NCBI GenBank assembly: GCA_044352715.1
Contig: JBILDG010000002.1
Span: forward strand, 1 to 36,708
DNA: 36,708 nt
Direction: 5' to 3'
Source of the DNA: Chthoniobacterales bacterium
GTDB lineage: Bacteria > Verrucomicrobiota > Verrucomicrobiia > Chthoniobacterales > JACTMZ01
Under the pieces are notes generated by a model. That model was not told the DNA's origin. It made no database searches and was given only the letters and a program-made list of their open reading frames with translations. The position numbers were made by a program, and so were the translations under genes. Numbering within the stretch: the first letter of the stretch is position 1; every line of letters begins with the position of its first letter. This document shows positions 27,388 to 35,015 of this stretch, piece after piece.

Positions 27388-28060
27388 GACGAACGAAACC
27401 GTTGTGATCGCCATTGATGGACCGGCGGCATCAGGCAAAAGCACGGTGGCACGGGAGTTGGCCAAGCGGCTGGGCTTCCGGTTTTTCAACTCCGGTGATC
27501 TTTATCGGGCTATGACATGGGCTTGCCTTCGAAGCGGAGTGGATTGCCGCGACGGATCGGCTGTGGCGGACGCTGCCCGCGAGGTGTCCTTGGAGATTGC
27601 CCTCGATGATCATGAATATTTCCCGCAGATAGGAGGCCAAGATGCGCGCCCGTATCTGCGGAGCGACGAAGTAAACGGCAATGTGTCATCGGTATCCACC
27701 GTGCCGGAAGTGCGCGATATAATCACTTCGTCCATTCGCCGCTGCACGCAAGGGCGTCTCTCTGTGATCGAAGGCCGTGACATCGGCTCGGCTGTTTTTC
27801 CCTCCACTCCCTACAAATTTTACATTGATGCCGATCCGCAGGTGCGCCAGATGCGCCGTGCCTGCCAAGGTCAAGCGGAAGACGTTTCCATGCGCGATCG
27901 CATCGATTCCTCCCGTCGCGCGGCTCCGCTGACCGTGGCCGATGGCGCGACGGTTATCGACTCTTCCCATCTCGATGTGGACGGAGTTGTCGCCGCCGCT
28001 CTCCGGTGCTTGGCCGAACAAGGATTGGCCGGTGCCATCATGTTATGCAGCAACGAATGA
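27380..28060 (+). CDS. cmk: Cytidylate kinase
   Basis: P-loop IAIDGPAASGKSTVAR, GDLYRA, EGRDIGSAVFP. It overlaps aroA by 8 bp. The aroA-cmk adjacency is common. Confidence 0.88.
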   Translation: MDKTNETVVIAIDGPAASGKSTVARELAKRLGFRFFNSGDLYRAMTWACLRSGVDCRDGSAVADAAREVSLEIALDDHEYFPQIGGQDARPYLRSDEVNGNVSSVSTVPEVRDIITSSIRRCTQGRLSVIEGRDIGSAVFPSTPYKFYIDADPQVRQMRRACQGQAEDVSMRDRIDSSRRAAPLTVADGATVIDSSHLDVDGVVAAALRCLAEQGLAGAIMLCSNE

Positions 28061-28656
28061 CTTTCTGGTATTTGCTCGGCTATTCGCTGAGCAAAGCCAT
28101 CGCCAAGACTTTCTTTAATTACCGCGTTATCGGTGCGGAAAATATCATCGAAGAAGGTCCGGCCATTATCGCCGCCAACCATGCCAGCTTTCTTGACCCC
28201 CCGCTGGCTGGTGTCGCCTGCCGTCGCGGGATAGCTTACCTAGCCCGCAAGTCTCTTTTGGATTGGCCGGTCATCGGGCCGATTTTGCCGGAATTGAACG
28301 TCATCCCCGTTGATCCAAAAAATGCTGACCGCAGTGCTCTCATGGGCATTATCCGTGCGATCCGCGCTGGCGGTGCTGCTTTGATCTTCCCCGAGGGAAC
28401 AAGATCCATGAGCGGTCAACTCCAACCGGCTCAACCCGGGGTGGGTATGATCGTCGCCAAAACCGGAGCGCCTGTCGTGCCGATGCGCATCCACGGATCA
28501 TTCGAAGCCTTTCCCCGTGATCGCAAATTTCCCCGTTGTGTTTCCATTACGGTGGTTGTGGGGAAGCCACTTTACTTTTCGGCTGATGAACTCGCCGACC
28601 GTGAATCCTACCAAAAAACAAGCGACCGCATCATGGATGCGGTCGCTGCTTTGTAA
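28057..28656 (+). CDS. plsC: 1-acyl-sn-glycerol-3-phosphate acyltransferase
   Basis: The HxxxxD block is ANHASFLDP and block III is FPEGTRS. ATG 28057 overlaps the cmk stop (ATGA). Track start 28006 and ATG 28045 are upstream alternatives inside cmk. Confidence 0.85.
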   Translation: MTFWYLLGYSLSKAIAKTFFNYRVIGAENIIEEGPAIIAANHASFLDPPLAGVACRRGIAYLARKSLLDWPVIGPILPELNVIPVDPKNADRSALMGIIRAIRAGGAALIFPEGTRSMSGQLQPAQPGVGMIVAKTGAPVVPMRIHGSFEAFPRDRKFPRCVSITVVVGKPLYFSADELADRESYQKTSDRIMDAVAAL

Positions 28657-28673
28657 AAAATTACAGAATAGCG

Positions 28674-29264
28674 TCAGGAAAGAGGCGTGAGAGTGTTGGT
28701 TCCAATTATGTTAGTGCTCTTGGCATCGGCAGGACGGCTGAAAACACCACCGTCTCCGCCTTTGCGGAACATAATGAATCCTTTGTCAGCGTAGGGAGCG
28801 TTTGATCCCAAGCCAGTGCTGATATCTTCCCAATTTTTGGTGATGACAAAGGGCTGATCTGACGGGGTGCTTTCTTGGGTTTGAAAGATTTTGAATGCGA
28901 TGTTGGCTGCTTGGAAGTTGGTGTCGGTAACGTTGACTCCGGGGGCAGCATAAATTTTGCGTAAGTCTGGTCCTGTGAGGTATTTGCCCTCGATTAATGC
29001 TTGGCTGAAGGTTGGGACTGTTAGGACCGTGGTATTTGAGTAGGTCCATGAAACGCCGTCACCCGCAGTGGTTGAATCGATAGACATCGTTTGCGTGGCC
29101 AAATGAAGCTGCCGCGCATTGTTCAATGTTTGTGTCATTTGACCGCGGACGAGTGCGCTGGAGACCGCCGGAATGGCGAGGGAGGCCAGAATGGCGATGA
29201 TGGAAATGACGACGAGCAGTTCGATGAGGGTGAAGGCTCGGAGGGAGCGTTTGAGGTTTTTCAT
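28674..29264 (-). CDS. Prepilin-type N-terminal cleavage/methylation domain protein (type IV pilin / T2SS pseudopilin-like)
   Basis: MKNLKRSLRA|FTLIELLVVISIIAILASLAIPA is the class III signal/methylation motif with the conserved Glu+5, and Ala rather than Gly at -1. There are no Cys residues. The gene is markedly A/T-richer than its neighbours: 49 G+C in nt 28861-28960 by hand count. Confidence 0.8.
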   Translation of the reverse strand: MKNLKRSLRAFTLIELLVVISIIAILASLAIPAVSSALVRGQMTQTLNNARQLHLATQTMSIDSTTAGDGVSWTYSNTTVLTVPTFSQALIEGKYLTGPDLRKIYAAPGVNVTDTNFQAANIAFKIFQTQESTPSDQPFVITKNWEDISTGLGSNAPYADKGFIMFRKGGDGGVFSRPADAKSTNIIGTNTLTPLS

Positions 29265-29322
29265 AGCTGGAGTCCTTTAGTTAGCACGTCGCGGCGCCAA
29301 GGCAACAGCAATTTGGCCGCGG

Positions 29323-31527
29323 CTATGGTTTGGGAGCTTCGTAGTAGAATCCCACGATAGCAAGTGGCGGGAGTTCGATTTGGATCGAGTGATCCCGGCC
29401 CTGCCAAGGGATCGGTTCCGAAGGGACGCCGCCGTAGTTTCCGACATTACTGCCACCAAAAGCCTCGGCATCTGTGTTGAGGATTTCCCGGTAATATCCG
29501 CCCAGTGGAACTCCAATGCGGTAGCCGCTTCGGACGACCGGAGTGCCGTTCATGGCGAAAACAAGAATCTGTCCGTCGGAAGACTTGCGCAGAAAGGCAA
29601 CAACACTGTTGTCGGCATCGTGGAAATCGATCCATTCGAAGCCCTCGTGCGTGTCGTCGAGATCGTAAAAAGCCGGATATTCTTTGTAGATGCGGTTGAG
29701 GTGCTGGACCAAGCGGCTGAGGCCTCCGTGCAGCGGGAACTGAGTGAGGTGCCAATCGAGGCTCTGGTTGTAGCGCCATTCGTCCCATTGGCCGAATTCC
29801 CCGCCTTGGAAAATCAGTTTTTTGCCGGGATGGGCCCACATGAGAGCGTAAAACATCCGCAGGTTGGCGAACTTCTGCCACATGTCGCCGGGCATCTTTC
29901 CGATGAGCGCGCCTTTGCCGTGGACGACTTCATCATGGCTGAGCACGAGGATAAAATGCTCATGGAAGGCATAGAGCAGCGAGAAGGTGATGCTGCCTTG
30001 GTGGTAGCGCCGGTAAACAGGATCGAGGCTCATGTAGTGGAGGAAGTCATGCATCCACCCCATGTTCCATTTGAACCCGAAGCCGAGGCCGCCGAGATAC
30101 GTCGGCCGAGATACGCCGGGCCAGGCAGTCGATTCCTCGGCGATCGTGATGATGCCCGGATGGCGCTCGTAGCTGACCTCGTTGAAGCGCTTGAGAAAAT
30201 GAATTGCTTCGAGGTTCTCGCGCCCGCCGAAACAATTCGGCACCCATTGTCCCGGTTCGCGGGAGTAGTCGAGGTAGAGCATCGAGGCTACCGCGTCCAC
30301 GCGCAGTCCATCGATGTGATATTGGTCGAACCAGAACAGCGCGTTGGCGATGAGAAAGTTTCGCACTTCGTTGCGGCCGTAGTTGAAAATGTGCGTGCCC
30401 CAGTCTTGGTGCTCCCCTTGGCGCGGATCGGCGTGCTCGTAGAGATGCGTGCCGTCGAACTTGGCCAGCCCGTGGGCGTCCTTCGGAAAATGCGCCGGCA
30501 CCCAGTCGAGAATCACGCCGATGCCGGCCTTGTGGCAGCTGTCAACGAAGTGGCGGAATTCGTCCGGATTGCCATACCGGCTGGTCGGCGCGTAATAGCC
30601 GGTGACTTGGTAGCCCCAGGAACCATCGTAGGGATGCTCTGCGACCGGCATCAGCTCGATATGCGTGAACCCCATCTCCAAGCAGTAAGGAATGAGGCGC
30701 TCCGATAATTCGAGGTAGCTGAGGGGGCGGTTGGCGTCCTCGATCACGCGTTGCCACGAGCCGAGATGCACTTCGTAAATGCTCATCGGTTTTTTGTGCC
30801 AATGCCGTTCCGCGCGTTTCTTCATCCAGCCTGCGTCCGACCATTTGAAGCGGTTCAGATCGTAAACAATCGAGGCCGTTTGCAGGCCGTGCTGGGCGTA
30901 AAAAGCAAACGGATCGCACTTCAAAAACACATCACCGTGGCAGCCCTTGATCTCGAATTTGTAATGGGCGCCCTCGGAGATTCCCGGGATGAAAATTTCC
31001 CAGATGCCGCTGCCGAGAAGTTTGCGCATCACATGGACGCGTCCGTCCCAATGGTTGAAATCACCGACCACGCTCACGCGTTGCGCGTTCGGCGCCCAGA
31101 CGCAAAAAACAGCGCCTTCGACCCCGTCCACCTTCGACAAATTCGCGCCGAATTTCTTGTAAAGATCCCAGTGATTACCTTCCGCATGCAAATGAACATC
31201 GGTATTGCCGAGAATGCGTCCGAAAGAATACGGGTCGCGCTCTTCCCATTCTTTGCCCGCGGGGTCTTTGAACCGCAGGGCGTAGGCAAACTCCGCGCGT
31301 CCTTTGGGAATGGCAGCCTCGAAAAATCCCTCCGGGTGAATTTGCTCGGCGTCGAAAACATGCGAGCGGTTGCCGAGATCGACCACTTGAACAGAAACGA
31401 CCCCCGGCCGGAAAATGCGCACGACCAAGCGGTCACCGGCGTGTCGCAAGCCGAGCGTATGGAAGGGGTCGGCGTGATGGCCCTCGAGGAAAGCGGCCAC
31501 CTCCCCGGGTGATACAGTCGGCTTCAT
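29323..31527 (-). CDS. glgB: 1,4-alpha-glucan branching enzyme
   Basis: 734 aa, GH13. Motifs GFTHIELMPVAEHPYDGSWGYQVTGYYAPTSRYG, GVILDWVPAHF, DGLRVDAVASMLY, IAEESTAWPGV, VLSHDEV. Confidence 0.95.
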   Translation of the reverse strand: MKPTVSPGEVAAFLEGHHADPFHTLGLRHAGDRLVVRIFRPGVVSVQVVDLGNRSHVFDAEQIHPEGFFEAAIPKGRAEFAYALRFKDPAGKEWEERDPYSFGRILGNTDVHLHAEGNHWDLYKKFGANLSKVDGVEGAVFCVWAPNAQRVSVVGDFNHWDGRVHVMRKLLGSGIWEIFIPGISEGAHYKFEIKGCHGDVFLKCDPFAFYAQHGLQTASIVYDLNRFKWSDAGWMKKRAERHWHKKPMSIYEVHLGSWQRVIEDANRPLSYLELSERLIPYCLEMGFTHIELMPVAEHPYDGSWGYQVTGYYAPTSRYGNPDEFRHFVDSCHKAGIGVILDWVPAHFPKDAHGLAKFDGTHLYEHADPRQGEHQDWGTHIFNYGRNEVRNFLIANALFWFDQYHIDGLRVDAVASMLYLDYSREPGQWVPNCFGGRENLEAIHFLKRFNEVSYERHPGIITIAEESTAWPGVSRPTYLGGLGFGFKWNMGWMHDFLHYMSLDPVYRRYHQGSITFSLLYAFHEHFILVLSHDEVVHGKGALIGKMPGDMWQKFANLRMFYALMWAHPGKKLIFQGGEFGQWDEWRYNQSLDWHLTQFPLHGGLSRLVQHLNRIYKEYPAFYDLDDTHEGFEWIDFHDADNSVVAFLRKSSDGQILVFAMNGTPVVRSGYRIGVPLGGYYREILNTDAEAFGGSNVGNYGGVPSEPIPWQGRDHSIQIELPPLAIVGFYYEAPKP

Positions 31528-31593
31528 TGGTTGCAGCCGCTTCGCACGGCTGCGGGCACTCTAAGCCCCTATCAGCTGAGGCCGCAAGCCGCC

Positions 31594-32691
31594 TCAAGCC
31601 GCGCCGCCGGCCGAGTTGGCCAATTCGGCCTCATCTTCGGGGAGAAACGCTTTGAAGCGGTTTTTGTCGATCGCCTTCATGAAGGCTTCATGTGGCGAGA
31701 CATGCCCTTGCTGTAACTGCGCCCAGATGGCGTCGTCCATGAACTGCATGCCCTGCGACTTGCCGCCCACGATCACATCTTGAAGTTTTTGCGTCGCGCC
31801 TTCGCGGATGATGGCCGACACGGCGCTGTTGACGACGAGGATCTCGTTCACGGCAATGCGGCCGCCGCCGTCCTGGCGTTTGAGCAGCAGCTGGGCGATC
31901 ACGCCGCGCAGCGAAGCCGCGAGCATCGTGCGGACCTGCGACTGTTGGTCCGACGGGAAAACGTCGATCATACGGTCCACTGTTTTGCGGGCGTTGTTCG
32001 TGTGCAGGGTGCCGAAGACAAGCAAGCCGGTTTCGGCGGCGGTCAGCGCCAACGAGATCGTTTCCAAGTCGCGCATCTCGCCGACAAGGACGATGTCGGA
32101 ATCCTCGCGCAGTGCCGCTTTGAGTCCGGTGGGGAAGTTGGGTGCATGTTCCGGCACCTCCCTTTGGGTGATGACGCTTTTTTTGTTCGAGTGCACGAAC
32201 TCGATGGGTTCCTCGATCGTGACGATGTGTCTCGAGAAGTTGCTGTTGATGTAGTCGATCAGCGCGGCCAGCGTGGTGCTTTTGCCCGATCCGGTGGGTC
32301 CGGTTACGAGGACGAGCCCGCCGCGCAGATGGCCGAATTCTTTGATCACCGGCGGAAGACGCAGGTCGTCGAGCGTGGCGATTTTCGTGGGAATGAGACG
32401 GAAGACGGCGCCCAGCCCGTGCACTTGCTTGAGGTAGTTGCAGCGGAAGCGGCTGTCCTCGTTCATCTCGTAAGCGAAGTCGAGGTCACCCATCTGCTGG
32501 TAGCGTTCCCACTTTTTCGGGGTGCAAATTTCACTCAGCATGTAGTTCATTTCCTCGCCCGTGAGGATTTCCTCGCGGATGGCAACGACATCCCCGTGGC
32601 GACGGATTTTCGGCGGCTGTCCCTCGGCCAAATGAAGGTCCGACGCGCCGGCGTCGATGAGCACTTGAAAAAATTGGTCGATGTAAGCCAT
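31594..32691 (-). CDS. pilT: Type IV pilus retraction ATPase, PilT family
   Basis: N-terminal GASDLHLAEGQPP, Walker A GPTGSGKSTTLAAL, Asp box ITIEEPIEF, Walker B IVLVGEMRDLETI, His box GLLVFGTLHTNNA, AIIREG. Confidence 0.88.
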   Translation of the reverse strand: MAYIDQFFQVLIDAGASDLHLAEGQPPKIRRHGDVVAIREEILTGEEMNYMLSEICTPKKWERYQQMGDLDFAYEMNEDSRFRCNYLKQVHGLGAVFRLIPTKIATLDDLRLPPVIKEFGHLRGGLVLVTGPTGSGKSTTLAALIDYINSNFSRHIVTIEEPIEFVHSNKKSVITQREVPEHAPNFPTGLKAALREDSDIVLVGEMRDLETISLALTAAETGLLVFGTLHTNNARKTVDRMIDVFPSDQQSQVRTMLAASLRGVIAQLLLKRQDGGGRIAVNEILVVNSAVSAIIREGATQKLQDVIVGGKSQGMQFMDDAIWAQLQQGHVSPHEAFMKAIDKNRFKAFLPEDEAELANSAGGAA

Positions 32692-32694
32692 GGG

Positions 32695-33825
32695 TCAGAG
32701 AACTCCGCAGATCTGCTTCATCAGCTGTTTTTGCTCGGCGCGGGCGATGGCTTCGTCGGCTGATATCAGGCCGGTCGTGAACAAGTCAGCCAGCGAGTCG
32801 TCCATCAGCTTCATCCCGAGTTTTTTGCCGGTCTGAATGATGCCGGGGAGCATGAAGGTTTTCGCCTCGCGGATGACGTTGGCCACGGCGGGCGTGTTCA
32901 TCAGGATTTCGATGGCGAGCGCGCGTCCCATGCCGTCGGCTCGCGGGACGAGTTGCTGCGAAATGATGCCGCGCAAAGACTCGCTCACCATGATGCGGAT
33001 CTGCTCGCGTTGATCCACGGGGAATGCGTCGAGCACGCGGTCGAGGGTGCGGGCGGCATTGGCCGTGTGAAGCGTGCCCAGCACGAGGTGGCCGGTTTCC
33101 GATGCGGTGATGGCGAGGGAGATAGTTTCGAGGTCGCGCATCTCACCGACCATGATGACATCGGGGTCTTCCCGCAGGGCGCCGCGCAAAGCCGCGCCGA
33201 AAGATTCGGTGTGCGTGTGCACCTCGCGCTGGTTCACTTGGCAGCCCTTGGGCTGGAAAATGTATTCGATCGGGTCCTCCAAAGTGATGATATGTTCGTG
33301 CCGGGCGCGGTTGACCTCTTCGACCAGCGCGGCCAGCGTCGTGCTTTTGCCGCTACCCACGGAGCCGGTCACCAGCACGAGCCCGTTTTGGTATTGCGTG
33401 AGCAACTTGAGCTGCGGGGGAAGGCCGAGTTCATCCATCGTGCGGACATTGGTTTGGATGATGCGGAAAACGAGATCGTAGCCGAGACGATGCCGCACCA
33501 CGCTCGTGCGGTAACGTCCGTCGACGTTGGAGTAGGCGAAATCCACGTCCCCGCGGTCTTCGAGTTGGTTTTTCTGCGCATCGTTGAGGAAGCCCATGGC
33601 CAAGCGCTCCGTGTCGGCGGCGGTCAGTTTCTCCGCCTGCAACCAGATCGGCTCGAGCGTGCCGAAACGCCGCCAGGTCGGCGGCATGTTCACGCTGAGG
33701 TGGATGTCCGAAGCACCTGATTCTTTGCCGACGGCAAGGTATTGATCCACGTGGTCCAAGGCATGGACCGGCGCGGAGTGATCAGCGACTACTTCGACGG
33801 ATGGGGTAGCGGGAACTTGGGACAC
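32695..33825 (-). CDS. Second PilT/PilU-family ATPase (start uncertain)
   Basis: GASDIHLSVNMPP, Walker A GSVGSGKSTTLAAL, ITLEDPIEY, VIMVGEMRDLETI, GHLVLGTLHTANA, NVIREAK. The stop lies 3 nt upstream of the pilT ATG. The only in-frame ATG (34059) lies inside the neighbouring yqjK-like gene. In-frame GTGs at 33825 and 33750 are the plausible starts, and 33750 gives a canonical PilT-length N-terminus, (M)DQYLAVGKESGASDIHL. Confidence 0.8.
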   Translation of the reverse strand: MSQVPATPSVEVVADHSAPVHALDHVDQYLAVGKESGASDIHLSVNMPPTWRRFGTLEPIWLQAEKLTAADTERLAMGFLNDAQKNQLEDRGDVDFAYSNVDGRYRTSVVRHRLGYDLVFRIIQTNVRTMDELGLPPQLKLLTQYQNGLVLVTGSVGSGKSTTLAALVEEVNRARHEHIITLEDPIEYIFQPKGCQVNQREVHTHTESFGAALRGALREDPDVIMVGEMRDLETISLAITASETGHLVLGTLHTANAARTLDRVLDAFPVDQREQIRIMVSESLRGIISQQLVPRADGMGRALAIEILMNTPAVANVIREAKTFMLPGIIQTGKKLGMKLMDDSLADLFTTGLISADEAIARAEQKQLMKQICGVL

Positions 33826-33845
33826 GGCGAGTGTCGGAGTTTTTA

Positions 33846-34181
33846 CTATTTGCGGCCGGATCGCACACTCAAAAACAACGGGACGAGTTGCGAGAGCAGG
33901 GCGGGCATAAGCTTCAGCAAAGTCGGAATCCAGAATGTTGCCCCGGTCACGGCAGAAGGCCCGCTTCCCCTCCGGGGCGCATTGCCATCCGGCGATCTGC
34001 GCAAAAGCCGTGCAGCGACAAAACCGGCGGCCGAGGCACCGGGCAACCACCACTTCCAATCGCGGACCACGCCGCTGCGCAGCTGGTTGAGCGGGTTGGC
34101 TGCCACTGCCAAGTCGTGTGTGCGGGCCTGCAATTCATTGGCCGCCGCTTCGATTTCGCGCAGGTAATCGTCGCGCTTCAT
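33846..34181 (-). CDS. YqjK-like small membrane protein
   Basis: The N-terminal helical segment MKRDDYLREIEAAANELQARTHDL is followed by a W-rich stretch and a TM (WKWWLPGASAAGFVAARLL). Its position after YqjD- and YqjE-like genes mirrors E. coli yqjD-yqjE-yqjK. Its ATG overlaps the preceding stop (ATGA). The assignment rests on architecture and synteny, not on strong motifs. Confidence 0.45.
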   Translation of the reverse strand: MKRDDYLREIEAAANELQARTHDLAVAANPLNQLRSGVVRDWKWWLPGASAAGFVAARLLRRSPDGNAPRRGSGPSAVTGATFWIPTLLKLMPALLSQLVPLFLSVRSGRK

Positions 34182-34582
34182 GACAGTCTCTCCATTTCCC
34201 GCCGCATTGCTTCACGTGTCCCGGGGAAAAGCGGCCGGATCGCCAGATTGCGGAGCACCAGCACCAGCGCCCCGGCCAGCAAGAGGTGGAAGACGAACAG
34301 CACCAGCATCACTGCCAGCCAGCCTCCGCCCAGCCAACTCGACAGCGCCACGACGATGGCCAGAAGCAGGAACAGGTAGGCAAACACTCCGGCGAAGATG
34401 ACAGCAACGGCCAAACCGGCCAGCACGAGGGCATGCCCGCCCGTCTCGCGTAACTCCAGCCCGAAGAGGCCCGTCATTGCCCGAAATAAACGGACGGCGG
34501 CGGAGACAAAGCCCCGCGTGGCATCCGGCAGACTCGGCTCCTCCGGCGGCAATGGATGATCTGCGCCGGTGACGCGATTCAT
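34178..34582 (-). CDS. YqjE-like inner membrane protein (holin-X / phage holin 3-6 superfamily architecture)
   Basis: The amphipathic N-terminal segment (VRLFRAMTGLFGLELRE) is followed by two long TMs and a C-terminal charged tail (REAMRREMERLS). This matches the E. coli YqjE layout. The gene sits between the YqjD-like and YqjK-like genes. Confidence 0.55.
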   Translation of the reverse strand: MNRVTGADHPLPPEEPSLPDATRGFVSAAVRLFRAMTGLFGLELRETGGHALVLAGLAVAVIFAGVFAYLFLLLAIVVALSSWLGGGWLAVMLVLFVFHLLLAGALVLVLRNLAIRPLFPGTREAMRREMERLS

Positions 34583-34593
34583 GGGAAGTCGGG

Positions 34594-34893
34594 TTAGCGA
34601 CGAAGAACCAAACCAAGAATAAAGCCCGCGGCCAAGGCGATGCCCACGGCTTGCAGGGGGTTCTCGCGGATGTAGTCCTCGCCGTCCTCGGTCAGAGTGC
34701 GGGCCCGGTCACTGGTTTCCGACCAGACCTTGTTGGCGCGCTCACGATATTCATGGGCCCGTTCGTTGAAGGTCTCGCGGAGATCCTGCGCTTTGGCGGC
34801 AGCCGCTTCTCGTAATTCTTTGGCGGCTTCCGTGGCGTGAGATTTGCTGCTTTGGAACTTGTCGGTAGCTGCTTTGGTGTCTTTTTCGCTCAT
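34594..34893 (-). CDS. DUF883 / ElaB-YqjD-YgaM family tail-anchored stress protein
   Basis: The body is charged and helical. The C-terminus YIRENPLQAVGIALAAGFILGLVLRR closely matches the family signature seen in E. coli YqjD (YVRENPWTGVGIGAAIGVVLGVLLSRR). Confidence 0.8.
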   Translation of the reverse strand: MSEKDTKAATDKFQSSKSHATEAAKELREAAAAKAQDLRETFNERAHEYRERANKVWSETSDRARTLTEDGEDYIRENPLQAVGIALAAGFILGLVLRR

Positions 34894-35015
34894 AGTTTTC
34901 TTTAGGTTGTTGGTTAAACTTTCGCAGATGGGGAGGGGGCTGGCAAGTGCCTCGGGCGGGTCGAAGCATCGTTTTTCTTGAAGCGAGCGTTACCTTGGCG
35001 GACAAATTGCCGTTC

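Noticed and set aside
29380-31512. Plus-strand ORFs 29380..30708 (442 aa) and 30751..31512 (253 aa)
   Set aside because: Both are antisense to glgB, whose GH13 motifs are unambiguous.
31780-33720. Plus-strand ORFs 31780..32763 (327 aa) and 32953..33720 (255 aa)
   Set aside because: Both are antisense to the two PilT-family genes. They are shadow ORFs with Asp/Gly/Val/Arg-rich translations.
34894-35015. Sigma70-like promoter (TTGAAG ... GACAAAT) in the yqjD-like / nuoEF divergent spacer
   Set aside because: The -10 match is poor, and promoter consensus for this lineage is unknown. The evidence is too weak to annotate.
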